A stretch of DNA of 64,000 bases, taken from IMG/VR virus record IMGVR_UViG_3300018018_000001, positions 1-64,000 of that record. One strand, written 5' to 3'. This stretch comes from a virus. A model generated the notes under the pieces. That model saw nothing but the letters and a program-made list of their open reading frames with translations. It did not search any database and was not told the origin of the DNA. Of this stretch, positions 21,769 through 31,085 are shown piece by piece (position 1 is the stretch's first letter; every line of letters starts with the position of its first letter). The position numbers and the translations under genes were made by a program.

Positions 21769-21987
21769 ATGAAAGCTAAAAAAGTTTTGGGTTTGCTTGA
21801 GGATTATGGTAGTACAGAGGATTTAATCAAAAACTCTAAAAATCGGGATGAAGCTTCTACTTATTTTGTTGGGGCTATTGATGCATTAGTGAATCATGTA
21901 GCAGCATCAGCAAGCTATACTCCTGATATAATTGTAAAACGAATACAGGAAATTATGAAAGTTTTTAAAGAAAAATATCCATTTTAG
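21769..21987 (+). CDS. Leader-bearing hypothetical protein
   Basis: MKAKKVLGLLED. Confidence 0.7.
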   Translation: MKAKKVLGLLEDYGSTEDLIKNSKNRDEASTYFVGAIDALVNHVAASASYTPDIIVKRIQEIMKVFKEKYPF

Positions 21988-22171
21988 TAAAAAGGGTGTA
22001 ATAGTAAAGCCACTTTGGTGTTATTATATGATAAGGAAAAGAATTGAATTTTAAAGTAGGAATTAACAAAGTCTACTTCCCTAAAGAAATTTGGCCTACT
22101 GGTCCTGTGGTAACGCATCAGTATGTTGTCATGATAAAATCTGATAACAGGACGAATGCAGCACATAAGGC

Positions 22172-22837
22172 TTGGTAATATTTATGATTTTTTGTTATTA
22201 CGGTTGTGGACAAAACGCTTTATACCAATTTAAAAATAGTAAGTGGTGTTGTAGTAAAAATGTTCAATCTTGCCCAGAAATGAAAAGAAAAAATGAAAAA
22301 TCCCATACTGGTGAAAATAATCCTAATTTTGGAAAAACTTATGAAGAAATCTATGGATTAGAAAAAGGAAAAAAACAAAGAGAAATAAGAAGTAATGCAC
22401 ATTTAGGTAAGAAAAGTCCTAATCTAAATAATTACTACTCTAAGGATATATTGAAGAAATTAAGTGAATCTCATAGAGGGAAAAAGAATCCTATTCGTTC
22501 TGAAATGAATAAATTACAAATAGGTAATAAAAATCCAATGTTTGGTAGAAGAGGTGAGCTTAGTCCTGTTTGGAAAGGTGGTATTTCTTTTGAACCATAT
22601 GATTTCAAATTTAATAAAGAACTAAAAAATCATATAAGAAAAAAGTTCAATCATACTTGTCAATTATGTAAAAAATGGGCTAATATTCCCCATCATATAG
22701 ACTACAATAAAAAGAATAATCAAGAAGATAATTTTGTTCTACTTTGTAGATCATGTAATACTAAAGTCAATAAAAATAGAGTTCAATGGGAAATCTATTT
22801 CCGATTATATCTTATATTTTATAATATTGGAGGATAA
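22172..22837 (+). CDS. HNH homing endonuclease, family A
   Basis: YYGCG..KWCC module and KFNHTCQLC...PHHIDYNKKNN...LCRSCNTKVNKNRVQWE. Confidence 0.8.
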   Translation: MVIFMIFCYYGCGQNALYQFKNSKWCCSKNVQSCPEMKRKNEKSHTGENNPNFGKTYEEIYGLEKGKKQREIRSNAHLGKKSPNLNNYYSKDILKKLSESHRGKKNPIRSEMNKLQIGNKNPMFGRRGELSPVWKGGISFEPYDFKFNKELKNHIRKKFNHTCQLCKKWANIPHHIDYNKKNNQEDNFVLLCRSCNTKVNKNRVQWEIYFRLYLIFYNIGG

Positions 22838-22838
22838 A

Positions 22839-23081
22839 ATGAGTAAGGCTAAGAAATTAATGGAAAAGTTTGATGAGCAGCATCGGGGTGACGAATCCAA
22901 TAACTGTCAGTTTTTTACCGAAACAGGAGAATGTTCAACTGGCTGTAAGAATATCCAGGTTCTTCCAGGGCATCCTTGCCCATTTTATAATCCTGCCCTT
23001 GGTGGGGCAAATGCCAAGATGTGGGAATGTCCATGTTTTGTCCCCTTAGGTGGGCAACCCGATAGGAGATTTCACGTTTAG
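22839..23081 (+). CDS. Leader-bearing Cys-rich small protein
   Basis: GGAGG RBS and ATG at 22839, MSKAKKLMEKFDE. Confidence 0.7.
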   Translation: MSKAKKLMEKFDEQHRGDESNNCQFFTETGECSTGCKNIQVLPGHPCPFYNPALGGANAKMWECPCFVPLGGQPDRRFHV

Positions 23082-23121
23082 TTTAAAAATATCAGAAAAA
23101 GGATAGGGGGGGTAATGAAAT

Positions 23122-23604
23122 TTGAAGTTAATTGAACTGACCAATGGAATGTTCACTAAAGTAAGTGACTGCGATTATGACTACCTTAATAAATTCCGTT
23201 GGGGTTACATGAAGGTTAGGAATAAAGGCTACTATGCTAGAAAAGTAACAAGAGATGGAAACGGTGATCAACTCTTTATGCATAAGATAGTAGCCAAACT
23301 TATGGGGATACAGTCTCCTCAAGTAGATCATTGGAATGAGGATAAACTGGATAATCAACGTGAAAATATTAGAGAAGCGACTAATGCGAAAAATAAAGCC
23401 AATGAGTCTAAAAGGATAAATAATACTTCAGGTTTTAAAGGAGTATGCTGGGCAAAATGGGCTAATAAATGGGTTTCATATATCAAGGTAAATTATAAGA
23501 GAATTCATCTTGGATATTATGAAAATAAGATTGATGCTGCAAGAGCTTATAATAAAGCTGCTATAGTATATTTTGGGGAATATGCTAATCTAAATAAGGT
23601 ATAA
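23122..23604 (+). CDS. HNH-AP2 endonuclease
   Basis: MHKIV..VDHWNEDKLDNQRENIREAT..N, then NTSGFKGV...HLGYY...AARAYNKAA..FGEYA (AP2). Confidence 0.9.
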   Translation: MKLIELTNGMFTKVSDCDYDYLNKFRWGYMKVRNKGYYARKVTRDGNGDQLFMHKIVAKLMGIQSPQVDHWNEDKLDNQRENIREATNAKNKANESKRINNTSGFKGVCWAKWANKWVSYIKVNYKRIHLGYYENKIDAARAYNKAAIVYFGEYANLNKV

Positions 23605-23615
23605 AAGGGAGGAAT

Positions 23616-24317
23616 ATGCTTGAAAATCCAAAATTAAAGGGTAGTGGAATATTTGACTGTAAACCACAAAAAGGCCCTTGTCCAATGGGGTGTGCAGAAT
23701 GTTTCTATAATAGAAAAGATGCATTTTATTTCCCGATAGAGGAAGACCAATTTCCAGACTTTTTTGAGATAGGGGATAAGGGTATAGTGAGGGTTAACAG
23801 TGGCCATGATTCAAACCTTAATCGGGAATACGTTATTGAATCTACTAAGAAATACCCCAGAAAGTTCTATAACACTTCCATTCCCAGGTTTGACTTTCCT
23901 GATCCTGTAGTTTTTACAGCTAATCGGTATGAGGAAGATCCTTCATATTCTCCCAAAGAATTAGATTGGGATTCCTTACAAAACATAATGGCAATTAGAT
24001 TGCGGGTATCTTCTACAAATCTTGATTTAATTGATTCCACTGTTAAAGAATGGACATCTTTTAAAATCCCAGTAATTCTTACCTTTATGAGTTATTATAC
24101 TCATTGTCCTGATGAAACTCTCTATGAGTGGAAGGTTAGGCATATAAATTCCTATTGGTGTCCTAAGAAAAGTTTTATGGTAGAAGTGCTAAAAAGGGAA
24201 AAAGAGATAGGTGGGGATTTTGTTTATGCTTGCGGTATAGAGACAGGATACTGTAAAGATTGCCATAATTGTAGTAATTTATATTTCAGGAAAATGAGAA
24301 GTAGACAGGCAAGATAA
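23616..24317 (+). CDS. Radical SAM-like protein of unknown function
   Basis: N-terminal CPMGCAECFY (CxxxCxxC) and a C-terminal Cys cluster CKDCHNC. Confidence 0.6.
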   Translation: MLENPKLKGSGIFDCKPQKGPCPMGCAECFYNRKDAFYFPIEEDQFPDFFEIGDKGIVRVNSGHDSNLNREYVIESTKKYPRKFYNTSIPRFDFPDPVVFTANRYEEDPSYSPKELDWDSLQNIMAIRLRVSSTNLDLIDSTVKEWTSFKIPVILTFMSYYTHCPDETLYEWKVRHINSYWCPKKSFMVEVLKREKEIGGDFVYACGIETGYCKDCHNCSNLYFRKMRSRQAR

Positions 24318-24522
24318 TGAATGTCTATATCTGTGTAAAATGCCATGAAGAAGTAGAAGAACAAGGTTTAGAGAAACATAGCTGCTCTGGATTTTTGCAC
24401 TATAATACAAGGCTTTCATTTGGTATGTCTAGGGATGAAATTCTTAAGACTTTTCACTTTGTTAAAAAGGGAGAGAAACTAAAGAATGTATATTCAGTGA
24501 CATATTTCTAATAGGAGGTTTC

Positions 24523-24789
24523 ATGAGCAAATCAAGTAAATTTTTGGAAGCTGTGAAAGAATATGGGGATGCTGGAAGAGTTAGGGATTTAGAGAGGAAA
24601 TTGAATATTCCTCCTGCCGTGTTGATTGGTAACCCAGAAATCCCGGATCTATATGATTATTTGGATAAACTAATTCAAATGGCCAAGGATAAAGGTATTT
24701 CTTACAAGGTTGGGGCTAAAGAGGATTTATGGCCAGCTTCCCAGCCTGGTCCAGGAGATACGGCCAAGACCCAGTTAACTCCTCAATGA
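24523..24789 (+). CDS. Leader-bearing hypothetical protein
   Basis: MSKSSKFLEAVKE. Confidence 0.7.
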   Translation: MSKSSKFLEAVKEYGDAGRVRDLERKLNIPPAVLIGNPEIPDLYDYLDKLIQMAKDKGISYKVGAKEDLWPASQPGPGDTAKTQLTPQ

Positions 24790-24817
24790 ATAGGAGATGC
24801 ATTTTACCCTAAAAGTG

Positions 24818-24826
24818 TGGTATAAT
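24818..24826 (+). promoter_or_regulatory. Extended -10 promoter candidate (TGgTATAAT)
   Basis: gtgTGGTATAATtaa lies about 20 nt upstream of the RBS/ATG of 24848; there is no good -35. Confidence 0.5.
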
Positions 24827-24847
24827 TAAAATCAAAGGGAGATAGTT

Positions 24848-25345
24848 ATGTTTAAAAGAATTTCAATACTATTGGTTTTATTGTTAGCTCTTGTTGGGCT
24901 AATAGGTTGTGCAACAACTCCCAAGATGGTTATGGAAGAATTTAGAATTATCTCAATTCCTGAGATTGGTATTAGGATTTCTCTTCCTGAAAGTGCTCCT
25001 GATTTCCATAAATTCTCTTCCCATACTCTTGGGTCTAAAATGTATCCGAATGGTAATGGGATGTTATTTTTGGAATCTCTAAATAAAGAACTGACAGTTG
25101 ATGCTGTTATGGTTGTTGTAAAGAAAGGTTCTAAGATATCTATTGTAGCACTTCAAGTTACTTATTGTCCTGCGGGGTTTGATCATATTGATTTAAATAA
25201 ACCTTTAGAAAATCAATTTAAGACTGATAATTATGAGGATGTAAGTTTTACTAATAATGGTGCTATCAGTGGCATATTAATTAGAGTGAATAAAATGACT
25301 GATTCTAATAAGTATTCTAAATTTCTTTTAGGGAATGAATTCTAA
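24848..25345 (+). CDS. Lipoprotein
   Basis: MFKR, then a hydrophobic stretch, then the lipobox LIG-C. Confidence 0.75.
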   Translation: MFKRISILLVLLLALVGLIGCATTPKMVMEEFRIISIPEIGIRISLPESAPDFHKFSSHTLGSKMYPNGNGMLFLESLNKELTVDAVMVVVKKGSKISIVALQVTYCPAGFDHIDLNKPLENQFKTDNYEDVSFTNNGAISGILIRVNKMTDSNKYSKFLLGNEF

Positions 25346-25368
25346 ATAAAGAATAAGAGGGGGAAGGT

Positions 25369-26225
25369 ATGGAAGTAAAGCAAGGGTATGAGTGTTTATC
25401 TGATGCTTTGATAGAGGCTCTTGAACGTGCTCAGACAAGTAAGGGGAAAGACCGTCATGCACCTTCAGGGGAAATATTTAAGGATCAGATTATCTTTTGG
25501 ATTGAAAGATTAAAGCTTGGTTTCCAGAGAGGGCAAGCGGTAAAGAAATTGGTTGAATCTGTTGTTCTGGAATCCAGGGGGGATAAGGAAGGGGCCTTGG
25601 CCGAATGTCTTGATGCTGTGGTTTATATTTGTGCTCATGCCATTGTGCTCAAAGAAGAGATGGAAAGGGATGCTAAAAAATCAATATGTGACTTTCCTGA
25701 GATTATGGATTTAAGGAGTTTAGTAAAAGATGAAAAAAATGCCTGAGATAGTATTTTGTAATAACTGTCCTTTTTTTACCAAAATTCCGGTAGAAAATAT
25801 GGGTGGTAGTACAGGTGTGACCATGTATGTCACATTTAGGTTTATCTGTAGATTAGCAGAAAATCACGGCAGGTATGATGTGTTCCCAATGGAGTATGCC
25901 CTGCCTCAAAATTGTCCCTTACCTGATTAAGAAGAAAGGTGAGACTAGATTGAAGAATCCTTTTTGGCTTAATCATCAAACATGTGGATATGTTTTCCTA
26001 TTTGAAAATCATAAGGATTTTGAGTTAATAGCTGTAGCTCCTGAACTTCCTCCGGTTGATTTAAAGGAATCGGCCAAGATCCTGTTGGATTCCCTGGAGG
26101 GTAATGAATGTACCCTTTTTCTGGAATCTCTTAGAGATGAATGTATTAATAGATTAATGACTAATAAGATGTGGGTAAGAGATGCCCTTAAAGAATTAAA
26201 TAAAGGCAATCAATGGAAAGAGTAG
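25369..26225 (+). CDS. Hypothetical proteins (25369-25746 all-alpha with KGKDRHA motif; 25730-25930; about 25950-26225)
   Basis: ORF track and RBS; no leaders. Confidence 0.5.
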
Positions 26226-26785
26226 AACATTACTTTGATCCCATTACTGGAAAGCCTATGATGAGGGCTAGGAAATTTGATCTTTGCCCTGTGTGCCGTG
26301 GATGGATAAATACCAATGATTGTGAAGCATGTGGTGGCAACGGGGTTATAGAGAGACACATGGGGTTTGTACCTTCAAAGATTCCTATTAGTGATTTAGT
26401 GTTACATCATAAATATTATGATGGTACAAGTATAGATCATTCTAGTAAGGAGAAAAAGGAAATGAGTCTTAGCAGATTAGGGAATCTTGCTCCTTTTGAT
26501 ATGGTGGATAATCCTTCTAATCCTAATGCTACACCTGGAGAATTTAATAAAATATCAGGTGAAATGTGGCAGGGAATTATGCCTCATCATTCTGGATATC
26601 CAGTATCCAGGGATTGGGAACAAATAGATTGTAAAGCGGATTGTCAATGGAGTGTTGGGGGTAAATGTTATGTTCCAAGTTTGGCTAAGCTTGGGGAAGA
26701 TGGAAGATGCCAAGGATTTCAACCCAAGGATGCCCCTGCAGTTAAACCAGAAGAAAAGATTTCAAGAAAAATAAGATTGGATTAA
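26213..26785 (+). CDS. Mosaic Cys-rich hypothetical protein
   Basis: CPVC...CEACGG, then a LamG-N-terminus-like fragment, then a second Cys-rich domain. Confidence 0.55.
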   Translation: MERVEHYFDPITGKPMMRARKFDLCPVCRGWINTNDCEACGGNGVIERHMGFVPSKIPISDLVLHHKYYDGTSIDHSSKEKKEMSLSRLGNLAPFDMVDNPSNPNATPGEFNKISGEMWQGIMPHHSGYPVSRDWEQIDCKADCQWSVGGKCYVPSLAKLGEDGRCQGFQPKDAPAVKPEEKISRKIRLD

Positions 26786-26795
26786 AGAGAGATAA

Positions 26796-27479
26796 ATGCC
26801 AAAAGGAATATATGTAAGGACAGAGGATCATGGAAGGAATATAAGTAAAGCAAAGAAAGGAAAACCTAATTCTGAAGAGCAGAATAATAGAATTAGTAAG
26901 TCCTTAGAAGGGAAACCTAAATCAGATGATCATAAAAAAAGTTTGAGTGAGGCAAAGATAGGGATAAAATTAGGTCCAATGTCTGAAGATCATAAAAATA
27001 GTATAAGTGAGTCATTAATGGGTCATTTGGTTACTAAAGAAACAAGTGAAAAAATAAGTGAGGCAAAAATAGGGAAATACTGTGGAGAAAATAGTTATAA
27101 TTGGGGAATGCATCATTCCAAAGAAACTATTAAATTATTGAGTGAATCTAAAATGGGTAATAGGAATCCCATGTTTGGTAGAGTAGGTGAATTAAATCCA
27201 GCTTGGAGTGGTGGAAATTCTTTCTTGCCTTATTCTCCCGAATTTAATGATAAGCTTAAAAACAAAATTAGAGAAAAATTTAATCATACTTGTGTTCTTT
27301 GTGAAGAGTGGGCTAATATTCCTCATCATATTGATTATGATAAAACAAATAATGTTGAAGAAAATTTTGTTTTATTATGCAAAAGTGATAATTCTAGGGT
27401 GAATGCTAATAGAGGATTTTGGGAGACTCAATTCAAAATACTTAATGGTATATATGATTCTAAATTTCTAGGTGTATAA
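26796..27479 (+). CDS. HNH homing endonuclease, family A, with NUMOD3 repeats
   Basis: SEEHxxxISxA repeats, KFNHTCVLC...PHHIDYDKTNN, and a C-terminus nearly identical to that of 12589. Confidence 0.8.
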   Translation: MPKGIYVRTEDHGRNISKAKKGKPNSEEQNNRISKSLEGKPKSDDHKKSLSEAKIGIKLGPMSEDHKNSISESLMGHLVTKETSEKISEAKIGKYCGENSYNWGMHHSKETIKLLSESKMGNRNPMFGRVGELNPAWSGGNSFLPYSPEFNDKLKNKIREKFNHTCVLCEEWANIPHHIDYDKTNNVEENFVLLCKSDNSRVNANRGFWETQFKILNGIYDSKFLGV

Positions 27480-27489
27480 GGAGGTTATA

Positions 27490-27873
27490 ATGAATCAGTC
27501 ACATAAAATTATGAAACTTTTTGAACAAAAAAAGGAAAATGAGTTTAGAAAAGGTGACGAAGTTAAAATAAATATGAGTGCATTAAAAAATCTTCCAGAG
27601 CCACAATTAAATTTAATTAAGCAGATTCTAAAAAAATCTGACAATAAACCTGTAGTGGTTAGAGTGGCCGATGATTCTATTGATGTGGCCGAATCCCCCA
27701 TGGCCGGGATAACAATTGGGACTGTCCAGGTGCCCAAATCTGCGGTAAGCAAAGTGGGTGGACAGAAAGAGCATGACGATGAGAGAATGGATGTAGATGC
27801 TAAAGATCAACTTAAGCCTGTGGATAAGAAGGAAAGTTTATCCAAGAAATTAAATAGCTTGTTTGGGGGGTAA
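27490..27873 (+). CDS. Leader-bearing protein with SH3/KOW-like core
   Basis: MNQSHKIMKLFEQ; FRKGDEVKI motif. Confidence 0.65.
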   Translation: MNQSHKIMKLFEQKKENEFRKGDEVKINMSALKNLPEPQLNLIKQILKKSDNKPVVVRVADDSIDVAESPMAGITIGTVQVPKSAVSKVGGQKEHDDERMDVDAKDQLKPVDKKESLSKKLNSLFGG

Positions 27874-28162
27874 CATGTTTTTATTTATTTCTGGGTTGTG
27901 CATTGGTTTTATCTGTGGTTACATAGTTTACAGGAATGAAAATAAGAATCTTAGATTTTCTGAGGGTTCTGCTAAGGCTAGGTTAGCCAAATCTGAATGG
28001 GAATTAAATTGTTTGAGGGGTGTCCAGGCAAGTCCATTTAAGTGACTGTCCAATATGTGTAAGTAACTTCGGGGTCTCGAAGTACGGTTTCTCTTGGGAA
28101 GGGGAATTCCGGGTTTTAATTGTCTCATAGCTTATATCTAAATTCAGTAATGATTTTAATCA

Positions 28163-28200
28163 GATAGGGATCTGGCTTGCCAGATCCCTATCTTAATTTT
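28163..28200 (+). terminator. Rho-independent terminator
   Basis: Perfect inverted repeat gatagggatctggc / gccagatccctatc followed by ttaatttt. Confidence 0.75.
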
Positions 28201-28217
28201 AAGAGAGGATAATTAAA

Positions 28218-28529
28218 ATGACTAAATCAAAAGAATTAATGGAACTAATGAAAAGAGTAGGTGAGTTTATGGGTGGAAATGATCTGGATGAAGTATTTGA
28301 GAAATTAGAATTTAAGGAAGAAAAGGGAGTAATTAGTGTAAAGCTGTCTGAAGACAAATGGTCAAATTTACCCAAAGGATGGACGAAGGATTCTCTGAAA
28401 TCTTTTTGGGGTTCTCTGACAGGGGATCATAAGCATAAAGTTTCAGCCTGTATTGCTAAGATGAAGGGCAAGATGGATGACCCCGGGGCTTTCTGTGGTG
28501 GCCTGGCTTCAAAATTAGGAAAGAGATAA
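28218..28529 (+). CDS. Leader-bearing protein with DDPGAFC module
   Basis: MTKSKELMELMKRVGE; C-terminal ACIAKMKGKMDDPGAFCGGL. Confidence 0.7.
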   Translation: MTKSKELMELMKRVGEFMGGNDLDEVFEKLEFKEEKGVISVKLSEDKWSNLPKGWTKDSLKSFWGSLTGDHKHKVSACIAKMKGKMDDPGAFCGGLASKLGKR

Positions 28530-28569
28530 CCTGTCTTAATTTAAGTTATTAAATCATGGGGAGAATTTT

Positions 28570-29313
28570 ATGGATAAGTCTCAGAATATTTTGAAATTAT
28601 TGGAAGAGATTTTGACTTTGGATCAACAGAATGATTTGATTAATAGTCATATAAATATGGTAAAGACTATTGCCAATTCTATGGCCCAATCTCTGCCAAG
28701 TAACGTAGATAGGAATGATCTCTATTCTGCAGGGAGAGAGGGATTAGTCCAGGCAGCCAGAAAATTTGATCCTAGTAGAGGGGTACTATTTAAGACTTAT
28801 GCTGAAAGAAGAATTAGAGGGGCCATAGGGGATGAGCTTAGGGCTGAAGATCCAGCGTCTAGGGATATGAGAGATAAGATTAAAGAATATGAAAGAACAA
28901 TTCAGAGACTTAGCCATGAGCTTGGCCGAAAGCCCGATGACGAAGAAGTAGCCAAGGCTATGGGTATGGATATAGATGCTTACTATGATTTTATTGATAA
29001 GAATGTTGCTTCCTACCCTGATACAGATCGGGAACCAGAATTTGATGTTTTTGATCTTCTTAATACTGGGGTTTCCAAAGATGCTCTGCAGAAAGCGGTT
29101 AATGAATTGCCTGAGGATGAAAAGAAGGTTATTTCCCTGCTATTACAAGATTGGGATGCTACTGAAATAGCGGCTGAGATGAATAAGTCAGAAGGTAGAA
29201 TATCTCAGATTCGAGATTCTGCCATGGTCAAGTTGAGAAAGAAATTAGGGGCTAAGAGTAAGGAGAAGGGTCTTTCACCCGCTGGAAAAATTATGGCTTT
29301 AGATGCAGAATAA
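28570..29313 (+). CDS. RNA polymerase sigma factor, FliA/WhiG (sigma-28) type, with N-terminal leader
   Basis: Region 2 DLYSAGREGLVQAARKFDPSRGVLFKTYAERRIRGAIGDELR, region 3 ELGRKPDDEEVAKAMG, region 4 LPEDEKKVI...EIAAEMNKSEGRISQIRDSAMVKLR. Confidence 0.92.
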   Translation: MDKSQNILKLLEEILTLDQQNDLINSHINMVKTIANSMAQSLPSNVDRNDLYSAGREGLVQAARKFDPSRGVLFKTYAERRIRGAIGDELRAEDPASRDMRDKIKEYERTIQRLSHELGRKPDDEEVAKAMGMDIDAYYDFIDKNVASYPDTDREPEFDVFDLLNTGVSKDALQKAVNELPEDEKKVISLLLQDWDATEIAAEMNKSEGRISQIRDSAMVKLRKKLGAKSKEKGLSPAGKIMALDAE

Positions 29314-29575
29314 CTGGAGGTTGTAATGGTTTACACAGAGGAAGCAATTGGAAAGATTTTTTTAAAACTTAAAGAAGATAAATCTCTTAAGAAGAAAAGT
29401 AATCCTGATCCCTATTTGGCTTTTTCTTCTATCACTTTTTTTGTAATAATTATGGGTATTTATGAATGGTTTAGAGGCCGGTAGGAGGGTGCCTGATTGT
29501 CCACCAGAATGGGTAAGTTCACTAAATACTGAACGGGTGAACAGTTCTATTTTATAATTTTGAGAGGAGAACTTT

Positions 29576-29973
29576 ATGAACAAATCTAAACAAGTTATGA
29601 GTCTGTTTGAGAAAGAGCCAGAGGGTAATCCGAAGGGGGGGTATAGTGTACCTTCTCCAGGTATTGAAAAGTACCCTGAACTTGATGCTATTGCTGATAA
29701 ACTAGCATATGATACTGCTATGAAGATTAACAAAGCGGTTGAGAATGTCAAATCTAAGATGCCTTACAAAAGTCAATACGTTTTGGAAGAATTGATTAAA
29801 ATGCTACAGGCAAAAGTGTAATTATGTCAAAATCTAAGGATTTCCTAAGATTGGTTGAACAGGGATTTCCTGGATATGATCTTGGTCCTTCATATCCTGT
29901 TAAGATTGCTGATAATAAATGTAAGGGATTAAAGAGTAAGAAACCTAAAAAAGTCTCATCCAAAAAAATCTAA
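29576..29973 (+). CDS. Two leader-bearing small proteins (29576-29821; 29824-29973, 49 aa, not in the ORF track)
   Basis: MNKSKQVMSLFEK and MSKSKDFLRLVEQ. Confidence 0.7.
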
Positions 29974-29989
29974 ATATTCAGGAGGAATC

Positions 29990-30550
29990 TTGTCTAAGAA
30001 GGCTTGTAAGACTTGCCATAGTCTGTTTAATCCTATACGTAATCAAAAAAATTGCCTATCTTGTATAGAAAGAAAAGAAACTCTTACACTTCAGGAAAGG
30101 ATGTTGAGGGAAATAAAAGGGTATTCCTGTATCAATATCTGTGAGGATTGTGGTAATCCATTTGGGGCTGGTAGTGGCCATGCGAAATGGTGCTCATCTT
30201 GTAGTAATAAAATAAGATTGTTAGAGATGGAAAATAAGAAAAGTCTACCATTAAGGAAAGTTCTTTGTAAATGTGGTAAAGTCTTTGAAACAGGGTCTCT
30301 TTCCCGTACACGGTGTGTTAAGTGTATAATTCCTAAAAAGGAACTTCAAGTTAGTGCAGAAAATGCAATAACTGTAAAAGTTGTTAAAGATATAAATATT
30401 TCTATGGATTTTAATGAAGAAAATAAGCTTCAAGAGTATATTGACAAACAAAACAGGATAGCGGATAAATGGAATAGGAAATATCGAAGATTCAAGAGGC
30501 TTGGGATAAATCCACCCCCTAACCTGTTTGATTTCATATATAGTCAATAA
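29990..30550 (+). CDS. Multi-zinc-finger protein
   Basis: Several CxxC pairs (CKTC, CLSC, CEDC, CSSC, CKC, CVKC). Confidence 0.55.
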   Translation: MSKKACKTCHSLFNPIRNQKNCLSCIERKETLTLQERMLREIKGYSCINICEDCGNPFGAGSGHAKWCSSCSNKIRLLEMENKKSLPLRKVLCKCGKVFETGSLSRTRCVKCIIPKKELQVSAENAITVKVVKDINISMDFNEENKLQEYIDKQNRIADKWNRKYRRFKRLGINPPPNLFDFIYSQ

Positions 30551-31085
30551 AATGATAGTTTATAAGATAACAAATAAAATTAATGGGAAATGTTATATTG
30601 GAATGACTACAAATTCCTTAGAAAAAAGGATTACTGAGCACTTATCCAGTTCTAAAGGAGGGTCTAACTTTTTACTTCATTGTGCTATTAGAAAATATGG
30701 TTTTCAGTCATTTGAATTTTCTATTATTGATACTTCTGAAACAAAAGAAATATTGATTGAAAAAGAAATTTATTGGATAAAGACTTTGAATACTAAATCT
30801 CCTAACGGATATAACTTGACTGATGGTGGAGAGGGGGCTATAAATCCTTCTATAGAAACTAGAATGAAACATAGTAAATGGCATAAAGGAAAAAAAGATT
30901 CAGAAGAAACAAGAAATAGAAAAATTGAATCAGCCAAGAAAGCGAAAAATATTTATAGGTTTAAAAAGGGGGGAGTACCATGGAATAAAGGTCTTAAAGG
31001 AAAAACAGCCCCAACTAAAAATAGAAAAAGAATTATTGATAAATTAGGAAAGATTCATTATATAAAGGTAGATAAAATAGAATGA
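30528..31085 (+). CDS. GIY-YIG homing endonuclease (Seg-like) with NUMOD3
   Basis: IVYKITNKINGKCYIGMT...R...H, EIYWI, NGYN, SEETR. Confidence 0.9.
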   Translation: MISYIVNKMIVYKITNKINGKCYIGMTTNSLEKRITEHLSSSKGGSNFLLHCAIRKYGFQSFEFSIIDTSETKEILIEKEIYWIKTLNTKSPNGYNLTDGGEGAINPSIETRMKHSKWHKGKKDSEETRNRKIESAKKAKNIYRFKKGGVPWNKGLKGKTAPTKNRKRIIDKLGKIHYIKVDKIE

